DNA of 64,000 nt from Podarcis liolepis (lineage: Eukaryota). The DNA is taken from the NCBI GenBank assembly GCA_965112155.1, contig OZ218102.1; one strand, given 5' to 3'. Both the position numbers and the translations under genes were made by a program. This document shows positions 24,455 through 37,533 of the stretch, piece after piece. The stretch's first letter is position 1. Each line of letters begins with the position of its first letter. Under the pieces are notes generated by a model. That model did not search any database and had not been told where the DNA came from. It worked only from the letters and a program-made list of their open reading frames with translations.

Positions 24455-26668
24455 CTGAAATGCAGCATACACAAGCAACATTGCCTCCTCCCAGCCCTTC
24501 ACCACAATCCTTTTGTGATCTATATGTGAAGCAGATGACAATGTCCAGGGGACTGGGCTCAGTCGCTCACCCTTTGGCCTAATAATACTACTGTATAATA
24601 ATATAGCATCTTCAAATGTTCAAAGCACTTAGGATAACAAGAAACTGCCTTATACAGAATCAGAGCATTGGTCCATCTAGCTTAATATTGTCTACACTGA
24701 CAGTGGCTCTCCGGGGTTTCAGACAGCCTCTCCCTGCTGGGGATTGAACCTGCGACCTTCTGCATGCAAGGCAAATCCTCTACCACTGAGCTATGACTTT
24801 TCTTCGTGTAGCCTGTGTTGTCATAAGTGCACCACTGTGCTGTCACCTTTGCACGCAGTCAGAGTCTAAGAACCAGGTGTCATCACCCCACTTATCTCCC
24901 TCTATATGTAAAAGAAAGCTGTGAGAACACACACACACACACACACACACCCCAGTTCCCTGGCGAGACAGTGCTGGCACTGAGCTAAAATTAAACAGTC
25001 ACCCACCTGCCTGGGTAAAAATAGCAGACAGAGTTGCACATCGGCAAGACTTCAAGCACAGCCACTAATTTTCCATGCCATTGTGAATGTGTGGCCCCAT
25101 GACCCAAGGGCATGGAGTCATATTCTGCAGCCTGCCCCCATCAAGCACTGTGCAGGATGGGTTGCCAGATCACAAAAAGCCATTTGCATTCAGGTGTTGT
25201 TGTTTTTAAAAACCCAAAACTCAGGATAGCTGCCTTCTTCTGCAAGCCCAAGGGAGACTGGCGGTACTTGGAGAATATGACCTGAAGGCTCTGGACACCA
25301 GAGCATCCTTTATCGCTCTTTCCCCAGAAATAAGCCAGAAATGCAGGCAGCATTTTCTGGATACCACACTGTTCAAGACCATCACAAAACACTCTGTCCT
25401 TTCTCAGCAGATTCCCTGATTTGATCTAGAGAGGGAAAAGGTGCTCCCAGGAAGCGCTTGCTCTTTGCCAAGACAGCCAGAACCACCGCAGGGAACAGCA
25501 AGGGAGGCAGGCAACTCCATCAAGGCCTCTCTTTAGGATTCTGACTGTCCTCGAATCAGCTGACTGAGGGAAGAACTGCGTGCCAAGAACAATCCTGCCC
25601 TCTTGACACAAACATTTCCACCTGCTCTTTTCCTAGATACTGTATAACCTTGAGGAGGAGGGAGCACTTCCAGGGAGGGGCTTCTCTCCAGAATCTGTAG
25701 GTAGAACTATATAACTGCGTTATAAATACTGTAACTTTAAGAACTGGTTCCTGAGCTTGCTGTTTCCTTCCTCCCTCCCCACCCTTTTTCCTTCTGTGCC
25801 ATGTCTTCTTATAGAGTCCCTGTCCTCAGGCTTACAATCCTACTACTGGTTATTGTAAGCTGCCCTGGGATCCCATTTATCTGAACAGCATAAATATTAT
25901 ATATATATTCCAACACAATCCCATCTCTGTCAGTTATGGGTTAATTACACATACCTCAGCTTTGATTTCTTTCTGAAATAGGGCAATGGATCACATGGAC
26001 CATTTCATAGTTATATAACAGCAACAGATTCCTTAAAACGCAACTCAGCCAGCAGCGGAACGTGGGTCCTACAGAATTTGAATCTGCCTGCGCCGTCTGT
26101 TCAGCTAAGGCAATGCTCAGGAAATGAGGGTTCATCACTGATGACATGGGCGCCCTTTCCTGCAGCTGGGAGCTCACTCACCTAGATTACCTGGCCTGGT
26201 CAGGCTGATCTAATGATGGCTAATACCTTCTTCTTCTTCTTCTTTTGCTTTATCCATTAGGAGAGTTAAATTTAGGTCACAGCTGAATCTTATTACAGAG
26301 CTGCTAATCAGAGTGGGAGCTGATTATTAATAAAGCACAGCCAAATATTGACAAAAGGCTATTTTTGGCTACAGATGTTACTGTTTCAATCTGGTTAATT
26401 GATCCAGAATCATTTCTCTTCGCCCAGTGTCACAGGGAGCTCCCAGCATTCCAGGGCACTTTTAACAGGAGAGTCTGTGCTTTATTTAGACTGGGCCCAG
26501 CTCTAATGGCATGTGAATGAATAATACAGAAGAGAGCACCTTAGGGCATGTGCAGAGTGCCTTTCATTCATTAGCCACAATCTGCTTCTGCACACCTAGT
26601 CCAGACTGTTTTATTTCATATGCATTAATGCAACTTGCTCTTGACACAGTAATAGTCCATTAGCAGTA

Positions 26669-27011
26669 CAGTGGTGCCTCGCAAGACAAAAAGAATCCGT
26701 TCTGTGATTCTCTTCGTCTAGCGGTTTTTTCGTCTTGCGAAGCAAGCCCATTGACGGATTAGCGCTATTAGCGGCTTTTAGCGGCTTAGCGGCTTTTAGT
26801 GGCTTATCTGCTGATTGGATCAGCTGATTAGCGGCTTAGCGGCTTAGAAAAGGGGGGGAGGGGAAAAAACCAGCAGTAACTCGCAAGACATTGTCGTCTT
26901 GCGAAGCAAGCCCATAGGAAATTCGTTTTGCGAAGCACCTCCAAAACGGAAAACTCTTTCGTCTAGCGAGTTTTCTGTCTTGCGAGGCATTCGTCTTGCG
27001 GGACACCACTG
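26669..27011. mobile_element. Tc1/mariner MITE with internal TTAGCGGC tandem repeats
   Basis: CAGTGGTGCCTCGCAAGAC TIRs and TA TSD; same family as 43321-43673. Confidence 0.92.
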
Positions 27012-30000
27012 TATGTTTATTCTGCTTCATTAGTTGTTCTGCAATGCTTCCCCAAGGCTACCACATTATTGGAGGGGCTACAGTGCAACAAGATAAACCA
27101 GTTTGTTGGTGGTATAATAAGTTATGGGATTTTAGCAGGAAGTTATAGGATAGGCACTGATTGGGAATGCAGCAGTGTGACCACCCCAAAACGTTTGCAA
27201 ACGTTTCAAACAGTACTGAAAGTGGGACTGTGTATTACCACCTAGGTAGCACTATGAATACATGAATGCATGATAAAAATGATGTACTAAGGCCCTAAGA
27301 TTAAGTACAAAGGTTTTATGGGGAAAGAGTCAAACTCTAAGCAGGCTTGTATCCCAGTACCACTGAAGCTCCTCTGGAGCAGGAACAAAGCACTTGCAGA
27401 CCAAATAATAAGGGTGCAGACCCTTGAATCCTAAGGGGAAATATGGTAACAACTTGCATTATATTTAAGAAAAGAAATTGCATTAAATGTAATATAATTT
27501 TACCATTAAAAAAATGCATCTTCTCACTAGTTAATATTAGATGATACCCTTGCTTATGGTAGAGTCCAAAAAGTCACATTCTCATGGCCAAAATTCAGGT
27601 TTTTATTCTTGCAGAAAAAGAGAGATGACATCAGGCCCACCTGAGCTTGGAGTTTGAATCAGAGGTACCTTTCCTTGCAGGCCACTGGCAAACCCCCTCC
27701 ACTAATAAACATGTGTGTCTGGGAGGGGGGCATGATAGATGCAAAAACCTTCCATCCAGCTCCACACTTTATGCCGGATATTGCATAAATATTGGCAGTC
27801 CAAGATTTCAGCAAATCCGGGCTGATACATCAAGTGCCTAGTTGTTGCGATTCGGTCAGTCCCTGGAGAAGCTGCTGCGAGGATACCAGTTGATCCCTCA
27901 CACCAAATATTTTGTTTTGAACCAAGTTAATCTTCTTTCCCACCCTTTACACAAATTGAATCTCTCTTTTCTTGGGGCAATTTGATTAACTGTCTGCAGC
28001 CAGCTACAGGGGAAATGTTCTTAATCTACATTGTCTTTGTATCAGGTAGGAACATTAGGGGAGCAAACCCCATTGAGCAGCATGTTCCGTGAACGGGTGG
28101 AGTCATTTAAAGAGGCAGAGCCAGGGAAAGACGTCTGGGGGGAAATTCCATTTGTTTTAACAGGAAGCAAAGAAGCCAACTTTCCCCTTTGCACCTGCAG
28201 TATTTGATTGGAAATATCCCAATTCTCACAAGGATTTCACCACGGTGGAACAAACGACACTGCACTTAGGGTGAGACAAAATGTGTGTGTGGCAGGAAGA
28301 AGGGCTTTTTGCAAATGCTTTTCCCACTGGGGTGGGTGTTAAAAGGGGTGATGGCCCTACCGCCCTGATAAGCACTCTCCCTGCCATCCCCAGAGCATAT
28401 TGAGAGTGAGGATAATGTGATGCAGGAAACACTACTCTCGCTATGAATTGGCTTGACAGTGTTTGCACACAGCCAAATCAAATTGGCTGCATGACATCAT
28501 CTTGCTGAATACATACTCTCCCTCCCCACCCCAAACTGACACTGAAACATCAGTTGATCAGGCAGCAAAAAGCCTGGGAACAGCAGTGAAAGGGGTGGAC
28601 AAAGGGGACTTGGGTGGAGACACTTCAGCACCCTAAAAGTGCTACTTTTAAACAAACAAAAAAGTTCACACGTGAACAGTTGGCACAGATGAAATCAGAA
28701 TACCAGAATTCATATTTTCTAGTGTTTGCCACCCAAGCATGGGTGCACCTGTGTTAAACATAAAGTCAAACATAAAGCATACAGCCAAAGTGGCTTTAAA
28801 TCTTGAGAAGAACACAAGCTGCTGGCTAAACCTGATGGTTCTGTTTCTGTTTGCCTCCGTTAAACCTCAACCATGGATGCTGAGCTAAGGTAGACTGACA
28901 AATTCTGAGTGCCTTGGCTCCAGAGTAAACTAAAGTTATTCATTCCTGACTAACCATAAATGCCTATTGCATGACCTAGGAAAACTGAGGCATGGCCCAT
29001 GAGGAACTTGTCTTGATCCTCAGGCAAACACAAGGATGACTCTAATATGCCAGTTTTAGGGACTTGGGTGCTACAGCCAATGGCACATAGGACAAAATGC
29101 ATCCTTCTGAATATGCATTATGAATATACACCTGAATATGCACCTAAGCTCTGATGCCCAGCTGTGAAATGAACTTTCCTGACATATAGTATGGGAAACT
29201 GGCAAAGTAGGGCAGAAAAACCAATGGTGTCCTCTTTCTACCTGGGCAATCAGGTAGTGTGTGGTGTGGCTGACAGGGCATGGGGCTTGGAGAACAAGGA
29301 GTTCAGAGCTGAAATACATTTTCAATCATTACTATTCAGTTACATTAAACCAGGGGTGGAGGACCAGATGTTGCTGGAGGTCAGGGATGGTGGGAGTTGT
29401 AGTCCAGCAGCATCTGGAGGGCAGCAGGTTCCCTACCCCTGGGTTAGGTACTTAAACAATAAATGGTATCATTACTATTTTCCCAAGGAGATCATCATTA
29501 CAGCAAGCACACTTTCAGCCCAAGGGCCTGGCATCATTTAGAATCTCAACTTCACTCTCCAAGAAATGGGCTTAAGTTCAATAAGTCCTCATGGTAAACC
29601 AGAGCTATCGTAGTCATCTCCCGCAGGCAGGTAAGTTCCACCCATATTCAGTCCATCCACAAGTTAGGCTATTTCTCTGCCTTCCTCAAGAAGATACACC
29701 TATCACAATGAAATTTACAAAACTCAAGACTGGCACCCGCTAAATACAGAATTAGCATCACTAGGGAGTGAAGTTGGGAGATACATAATGCAGCCCTTGG
29801 TGCTCCTCAACTTTTCAGCGATCAGTGCTAGCATCCTACCAAACTGTTGCGTGTGACTCTGGAAATGGCAGAGACAGCTCCATGCTTCAGAGCAATGTGC
29901 CACTCATTGGGTCCAGAAATAGGCTGGGATGGACAGTGAATGCAGGAGGAAGTACCATCTTGAAATACTGAGCCCAGGTCTAGTAGGGGAGAGCTGAAAG

Positions 30001-31210
30001 CGAGTTTGACCACCTCCACTGGGCAACTTGACCCAGCGACAGAAATCCTTTGAATATTCACTGAATTCTAGAGACCAACAAGCAGAGGGAATATGTTGGG
30101 GCTGTGATTCTTCCTCAACTCAGTGAGCTTCTAGATCAGGAAAGGATGACACCAGAGGAGAACCATTTGAGATTTAACTAGAAAAGGAGGACAACACACA
30201 TTAGAAGTGGTGCGGGGAACTTGTAGTACTCCAAATGATGTTGAAGTAGAATTCCCATCATCCCTGACTATTTGCCTTGATGATGGGAACTGGAATCTAA
30301 CAAGATCTGGATGGCCACAGGCTCCTCATCCTTGCATTAGAATGTGAACTTAAATCATGACTCACTCTTTGCCCCAAACCTACGCCTGGGAAGCACAGGA
30401 CACTGAAGGAATGGAGAAAGGCTGTTGCACATTGGGACAGGAAAAAGCTGAAAAAAGCCCAGAATCTCTGCATAAGGCTGGACTCTGCTCGAGCTCAACC
30501 ACCTGAGGCTTGCTTTTCTGGGTCAGGTAATAGGAATAAGCATGAAGTTTGGGTGCACAGATCAAACGGCATCAGCTCCAATACGAAGTAATGGGCTCCA
30601 GTCCAACTCTCGGTGCTTCTGCTGGGTACATATAATTCTGTTTGCAGAGCAGAGCTTCCATCTCTCTGCAAAGAGGCCTTTTACAGGGTGGGGTGGAAAT
30701 GGGCCGTGGGAGCCAACACATTAAATATGCCTCATGTTTAAAGCAAGAGAGTCTGAAAAGGGTGTGATGCAGGAACGATTTCTTCCCAGCCAGCCCTGGA
30801 GCTCCCAGCAAGGTTGCAGAAAAACCCAGCCACCAATTCCAAGGACCTGGTTGGGGGTCCTGGCCCTGAACCAGAACAGAAGTGTATGTGTGGAGGCGCA
30901 ACTGAAACTCAGTGTGACTCCATCATCTCTCAGGCATGTCATTTTGGTGCCCAGGATCCCCAGGCGATTTTCATTCTGGACTAGCCACATAAATTTTGTT
31001 TTCTTCTTCCCCTACTCCAAAGAGGCAGGATGACCTACAACTAAAGGGGGGAGAGAGAGACAGATTGCTCCCCCCTTGTGCTTCACTGCAGAGCCCATGG
31101 CTTTAAAGACCACCCCACAAAATGCTCATGATCTCTAGCCATCTGCCACAGTTCCTTGCCATGCCAACTCCAGAGCCCACCCCTCCACCAGAAGCCCGGA
31201 AGCAGCCTAC

Positions 31211-31298
31211 CTTGAGACAGGGTCCCCGTGACCAGCTGGTAGAAGAAACGGATCGCCCGCCCCAGCTGCCTCTTGCACCGTCGCTGGCAGTGAGTCAT
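31211..31298 (-). CDS. KCNIP2: KCNIP2 alternative first coding exon, KChIP2e-like basic/Cys N-terminus (MTHCQRRCKRQLGRAIRFFYQLVTGTLSQ)
   Basis: ATG at 31298, 29 codons + 1 nt, CAAG|GTAGGC donor (phase 1). The CxxRC...YQLVTGxLS pattern matches recalled human KChIP2e (MNRCPRRC...YQLVTGSLSP) and the paralogous KCNIP1/KCNIP4 MSGCxKRC exons. Confidence 0.92.
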
Positions 31299-31850
31299 GG
31301 TGCCAATACACAGTGGCAGGGTGGTCCCCGGTCAGAAAAACAACTCCCTGGGCAGGGTGAGAACTAGATGTGCTCAAGGAGTAGGGGGCCCTTCTGTTCC
31401 TGCCTCTGACCGTGCCCAGACATCCGAGCCAGAACAACCCCCTGATCTCAGACAGACAGCAGGGCTAGGTGGGAGGAAGAGGAGGAGGTTTGTGCTCAGA
31501 TAATTCCGCTGGGATTGGTGGTGGCACAGGCAATGTCTGGGTCACCGCGAGAGCAGCGGCTGCCAGTCAGGGGACACGCCCAGAGCTGTGCTCCCCATCC
31601 AGATTCAGAAAGTCCCAGCACTTTCGAGGGCTTCTGAAAACTTGGAACAATTGTAGCACAGGACAAAGCTGAGCACGGAGTGGCTTGCTGCTGTCTTAAC
31701 TGCGAGCTTCTCCAATGACACACGCAAGCGACGCTCCCTCCTCGGACCCTCCTCCTCCTCCTCCTCCGTGCAGCAAAGTTGCTGGAAGAAGCAGCGAGGA
31801 GTGGACAGCGAAGCAAGAACCACAAAAGAGGCAGTGCTAAGTGGCTCTCC
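31299..31850 (-). promoter_or_regulatory. GC-rich 5' UTR/promoter region of the KChIP2e-like exon
   Basis: Repeat-free, GC/CpG-enriched sequence with a (GGA)n tract directly upstream of the ATG at 31298. Confidence 0.45.
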
Positions 31851-33666
31851 CAGCCAGTCACATAGTTCCATGAAGGGGGGCAGCTGGCAATGCCCTGCCT
31901 TGGGGGAGTGTCCCCTTCCAGGCAACGTTGGGCAGCAGATGCCTCTTCGGTTCCCTGCTCTGCCTGGCATCTTCCTCTGCCACACCCAGCGCTCTACAAC
32001 AGGCTCCCGGGAAACCACAGGCAGTGTCGGTTGGCATGGCAATGGTCTGACTCCACAGGTCCTGCTGGCCAATGGGGCGCTGCCTCCTCCTAACGCCTTT
32101 CCTGCAGACTGCAAGGATGTGCCTTTTCCATCAAAGTGGGGGAACATGACAGGACAGGGCACAGAGACAGACGCCTAGCACTGCTCCACATCTGGCTCTG
32201 TGCAAACAAAGGAGTGCTGGCAACGTAATTCCTCAAACTATCGGGGCGATACATCAGCGAGTGACAAGGGAAAGCTGCAGCTGGGTGGAAATAAAGAGGT
32301 AGGAAGAGACGCAGCTGTGGACCACAAATCCACCTGCCTCTGTATCTGAAAAGGATCTGGGTTAACAACCAGGAAGGAGAATGGCAGCCCCAAAGGAGGG
32401 GGTGGTGGCTGGCCACACACCTATAGTTGTGCCCACTGCTTTTGACAGTTTGCAGCGACATCCTTTATTACACTTCGGCACAGTTTGGTTTCCGAAGATA
32501 ACAGGCAAATGGATGGGGCTTTGTTGCATGGCGTGTAAGAGAGGTGATGCAGGTGTCACAAACCAAGTAACTTGTCCAGACAACCCAAGATGGTTATCTT
32601 GCTAAGAGCTAGCATATTTAAAAAAACACACATGCAAGAATGCGAGAGATGGTGAATCTGCTTTCATACACACCTTTACAACTCAGGCTTTCACTGCCAT
32701 TACCAGGTAGCAAGATAATGAGTGGACACCAGACAGAAGTACCTGGAACAAAGGATATACGAAAGCAAAGCATATACAGTACGTATGTGGTGACATACTT
32801 TCTTACTCAGTTTTACCCCATTTCTTATCCTGAAGAGTATTACACACAGTAGCTTAAAGTGTTCAGAGACTTATATAAGCAAATGCGCTTTGTGAATAAC
32901 CCAGAGCAAGCCAGACCTTAGCAAAAACAGAGGTTTAGTTGGGGAAAGCAAACAAAAGCACGGAAATCAGAGGTGGGGAACCTGTGACCCTCCAGATGCT
33001 GTTGGACTTCAACTCCATCTTCCCTCACCACTGGCTGTGAAAGGCTGTGAGCAGATGAAAACTGGAGTCCAAAAATATCCTGAGAGTTGCAGCTTCCCTG
33101 GCACTGCTTTAGATGCTCTAAAAAGCTACAAAAGACAGAGTACGGATTTCATTTATTCACTTCAAACATTCATGGATTGCCTTGCAGCAGAAAACTGTTC
33201 ATAGGGCAGCTTACAACACTTTAACCCAAAACACAAACAAATGCAACCTATACAAAACTGAACATCCATTCAAACCTACATTAAGAACAATTGAGCTTTG
33301 TCGTTAAATATATTACATAATCTCCTGGGAGAACAAGCCTTGTCTCTCCCACCACAGAATCTCCCAAACAATACATAGGAGTCTGCTAAATCAAAGCATG
33401 GATCTCTTTCATGGAAAAAAGCCTTTCTGATAATTTTGGAAGTATATTGTTATTACATGCCCACGTGACTCAGAGCCAGTTCCAACATGTTTCAGGTACA
33501 CTCGTGTTGCATGTACACTAAATTTAGCAGGGAACGTAACAGAGTGGTAGAACACATGCGTTTCATGCAGAAGGTTCCAGTTGCAATTCCTGGCATCTCC
33601 AGTTACAATATAGGATTTGCCCAAGACTACTGCCAGTCAGAGTAGACAATACTAGACTAGATAGAC

Positions 33667-34653
33667 CAGTGTTTCCCAACCTTTTTTGGGCAAAGGCACA
33701 CTTGTTTGATGAAAAAAATCTCGAGGCACACCACCATTACAGCCCCGTGACGTCAGCGCGCAGCGTCACGCCGGGAGGGACGCACGAAAGTGTAACTTTC
33801 AATTTTTTTCCCTCCCCCTTGCCGGGGAACCTCCAAGCTTTGGGGGTGGGGGGGGAGGAGGCAGCAAAGCGAGGGACTGAGGGACTCCTCCAACGACAAG
33901 GGTTGGGGAAGAAGAGAAAGGGCTATTCCGCTCCAGTCACGGGAGGGGAATATGTACTGGCCCAACTGGTGTGCGGTCTTCGGAAAGCCTAGGCTCGGGG
34001 TCCACCGACCTCGGCGGAGAAAGGCAACAACCGGAGCCAATGACGAGCCGGCGCGTGCGTGCAGCGGCTGGCCTCGAGCTCGGGAAGCTGCGCGCGGCGA
34101 TGTTGACGCGGGGCGCGTGAGAGCTTGGGGGCGGGGCGGGAGAGAGAGAGAAAGAGTTGGCAGCACCAGGCGCTGTTACTTATTGCGCTGCGGACGCTGC
34201 CAGCAACTGCGGTGGTTGTGCGGCGGCCACCGCCGCAGAACGTCCTCGTCAGTCAGCTGAGCTGCCTGGCGGCGTAGGGAGCCGAGGGGCGGGGCTTCCT
34301 TTCTGAAGGAGCTGAGGGTGGGTGTCCTCCGGCACCTTCGGCGAAACGGCGCCGGCCCAGAGCGCTTCTAGGAGGCTGCCTTTGTGCGCGACCTAAAGCC
34401 CTCTTTCCCTCCCTCCAGCCCCGTGTCACATGTGGAAAAGGGGGCTGGATCCAGTGACGCAACTCGGAAAACTGTTAGGCCAGGGAAGCCAGAGCAGGAA
34501 AGTGAGTGGGAGGCGGCGTCGCCGCTTTAACCCACGTTTCCTTTTTGAAAGAGAAACCAGTGTTTCCCAACCTTTTTTGGACTCGCCCGCCTCCCTCCAG
34601 GCAACATCTCGCGGCACACTAGTGTGCCGCGGAACACCGGTTGGGAAACACTG
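33667..34653. mobile_element. Young hAT element with a CpG-rich interior and an internal extra left end
   Basis: Perfect 15-bp TIR CAGTGTTTCCCAACC and perfect 8-bp TSD AGATAGAC; it splits a tRNA-derived SINE. Confidence 0.93.
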
Positions 34654-36725
34654 AGATAGACAAATAATCTTCCCTGGTATAAGCCTGTAATGTTCCTGTT
34701 GTCGTGTGGCTTTGAGTATCAGTTGGAGGTTAGGTTTTTCCCCTGACTGTTGGGAAACCTTGAACTGAACTGAACTGAACATTGTTCAAAGAAACAGATA
34801 AACATTGGCAACTTTCAGATCATCAACTGTCTCTATACACCAGTGGTGAGAAACCCATGACCCTCCAGATGCTGACTGCATCATCCCTGGACATCCCATG
34901 TTGTCTGGGATGGATGGGAGTTGGAGGTACAACAGACTGTCAAATCCTCTTTAAAGTCAGCCAAGTTGATGGTCATCACTGCGGGAAATTTTACACTTTG
35001 CCATTCCTCCTGTTGCCATTAGCAGGACCAGTGGGGGCAAAGCGTTAAGGCCCCCTTCCCCCCACTCACAATGTGGTCCTGATCCAACTCAGCAAACCCC
35101 TCATCCCTGACTATCTGTCTGTCTGTCTGTCTGTCTACTTATCTACCTATGACAACACTCCAACCAATCCAAGGCCAAAATCTTGGTCCTTAGACATAGG
35201 GGTCACCTCCTTGCATCAGTGTGGAAGCTTGTCTTTAGCTAGTTGTGCATGTAAGAGAAAGGGTCATCTCTTTGGCCCAAGAATATCCTCAAATCATGTA
35301 CTAGTCTGCACACACATCCCTCTCTATACTGCTGATCCTTCCTAGCTTAGAGGCAGACTCAAGACCACCATGCCATACTCACTACGGGTCAGATCAAGAC
35401 CAAGGGATGGCATACAAGCTTACTGCGCGGTGTCTGCTTAAAAACTCCCTGGTGCAGCAGCTCTGAACACACAGAGAATCAACAATCTGTAGCCTTCAGC
35501 TGCCACAAAAGCTGAGCATTACAATCTTTCCCCACTTCTCCACTTTCTTGAATTCCCACGCACGGCAATGCTTGGCTCGCTACATGACTGGTAGTCACAG
35601 ATATCTGCCTCTCAGTGTGCTTACAGTCAAAACATCACACGTTTTGAAGGAGCCCCCTGCACAGTCGCTTGATTCCCATTGAGAGTGATAATCAAGTATG
35701 GATTTCCCTATTGCTTCTAAGCATGCTTATGGGTGAAGTGGGGTTGTTCTAGCCTCTTCACAGTTCACAGTTATACTCTCCCTGCAGTGTATAGATTCTA
35801 GAAGAAGTCATGGGAGCAAGTCTCTGGCCCATTGGTCTGAGCCTGCGCGCGCACACCATGTGGAGAATGCCATGTTTGATCAATGCATACATCCCTGTAT
35901 AACTGTGCCTTACAATGATGAACTTTCTGATGCAAGAGAGATGTATAAGTTAGGCTAAATATACATGGATTACTTGTCAACAGAGTACCAGTAGAGCGTG
36001 TGAATACAAACAACACTTTGCTCACTGTCAGTACTCTGCATATTGAGTTTATTGTATACTAATTCCTCCCCCCGCCTTACCTGGTGACAGTGGCCACCAG
36101 CCAAGCAGCGCCAGGTTGCTGGGCTGAGCCACCATGTGAATTGACCACAATGCCTCTGGACTGAAGATTCCGCTGGGGCATTGTGGGAAATGAAATCAGC
36201 AGGCAGACCCATTTGCCTGGTGCTTCTTGGAAGTGCCAGGATGAAGACATGGGGGCCGGAGCAGGCATTAGTGGCGGCCCCTGCCAGTCTGCTGGTGCTC
36301 TGGCAGCTGCCCAAAGATGCCAGGTGCTGCTGCCAGCCATGAAACAGGAAGTGGTAGTCATCCTAGATTGTGTAATAAAAAAGAATGTAAGAGTGCAGCA
36401 TTCTGTGGGAGTCTTTGTTTATCTTGGTGCTCAGTGACATCCTTTGCAGGAAGAACAGCAGCAGGAGGCACAAGAAGGCAATGCTCGTCATAGCTGGGCC
36501 TCCCCTGCATGGCCGGGAGTATTTAATAAACCACCCAACATGGGTTTTCTTTTCCTGAAGATCTCAGTTCTAGCCTACTTGAAGGCATATTTGCAGATAC
36601 ACTGGCTGATCAAGTACAAGAAGAGCCTTCTGGATCAGGCCAGTGGCCCATCTAGTCCAGCATCCTGTTCTCATAGTGGCCAACCAGATGCCTGTGGGAA
36701 ACCAGCAAGCAGGATTTGAGCACAA

Positions 36726-36964
36726 GAGCCAGTGTGGTGTAGTGGTTAAGAGCGGTAGTCCCGTAATCTGGTGAACTGGGTTCGCGTCTCTGCTCCTCCA
36801 CATGCAGCTGCTGGGTGACCTTGGACTAGTCACACTTCTCTGAAGTCTCTCAACCCCACTTACCTCACAGAGTTGTGGGGGAGGAAGGGAAAAGGAGAAT
36901 GTTAGCCGCTTTGAGACTCCTTTGGGTAGTGATAAAGCAGGATATCAAATCCAAACTCTTCTTC
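36726..36964 (+). mobile_element. Squam3-type tRNA-derived SINE
   Basis: Head gagccagtgtggtgtagtggttaagagc with A/B boxes and a (CTT)n tail. Confidence 0.8.
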
Positions 36965-37357
36965 CCCTCCTGTGGCTTCCAGCAACTGGTATTCAGCCAT
37001 CGATAGCCCTCTTCTCCATGGATTCTCTTTTAAAGCCATCTAGGTTGGTGGCCATCACTGCCTTTTCTGGGAGCGAGTTCCATAGTTTAACTACGCGCTG
37101 GGCAAAGCACTTTCTTTTATCTGTCCCGAATCTTCCAGCATTATTTTTATGCCCATGAGTTCTCGTGTTGTGAGAGAAGGGAGAAAAGCTTTTCTCTATC
37201 CACTGTCTTCATACCATGCATGGTTTTATAAACTTCTAGCATGGTGCCTCTTGCTTGCCTTTTCTCTAAGAAATCCCAAATGCTGCAACTTTTCTTCACA
37301 GAGTAGTTGCTCCACCCCCTCGATCATTTAGGTTGCTGTTTCTGAACCTTTCCCAAC

Positions 37358-37533
37358 CATAGCTGTCAACCTTCCCTTTTTTGGCAGAAAATTCCCTTAT
37401 TCCAGCGCCGTTTTCCGCTGCTATCCTGGATTGTTAGATATCCCGTAGACTGTCCCCAGGACAGGGGAGGCTGCTGTTTCCTTATTTTCGAGGCTGCTGA
37501 TTCCTTATGTTCAAATCTGAAAGTTGACAGCTG
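37358..37533. mobile_element. hAT MITE
   Basis: AGCTGTCAAC / GTTGACAGCT inverted ends and 8-bp TSD TTCCCAAC. Confidence 0.85.

Noticed and set aside
25955-25975. 18-nt segment between a tttcag acceptor and a GAG|GTATGT donor on the minus strand
   Set aside because: Contains TGA in the KCNIP phase; could be a poison exon but has no other support.
27700-27830. Minus-strand ORF MYQPGFAEILDCQYLCNIRHKVWSWME
   Set aside because: Only a weak GTTTTT donor and no recognisable homology.
33527-33600. tRNA-like sequences here and at 36726, 39230 and 61217
   Set aside because: Degenerate SINE heads rather than intact tRNA genes.
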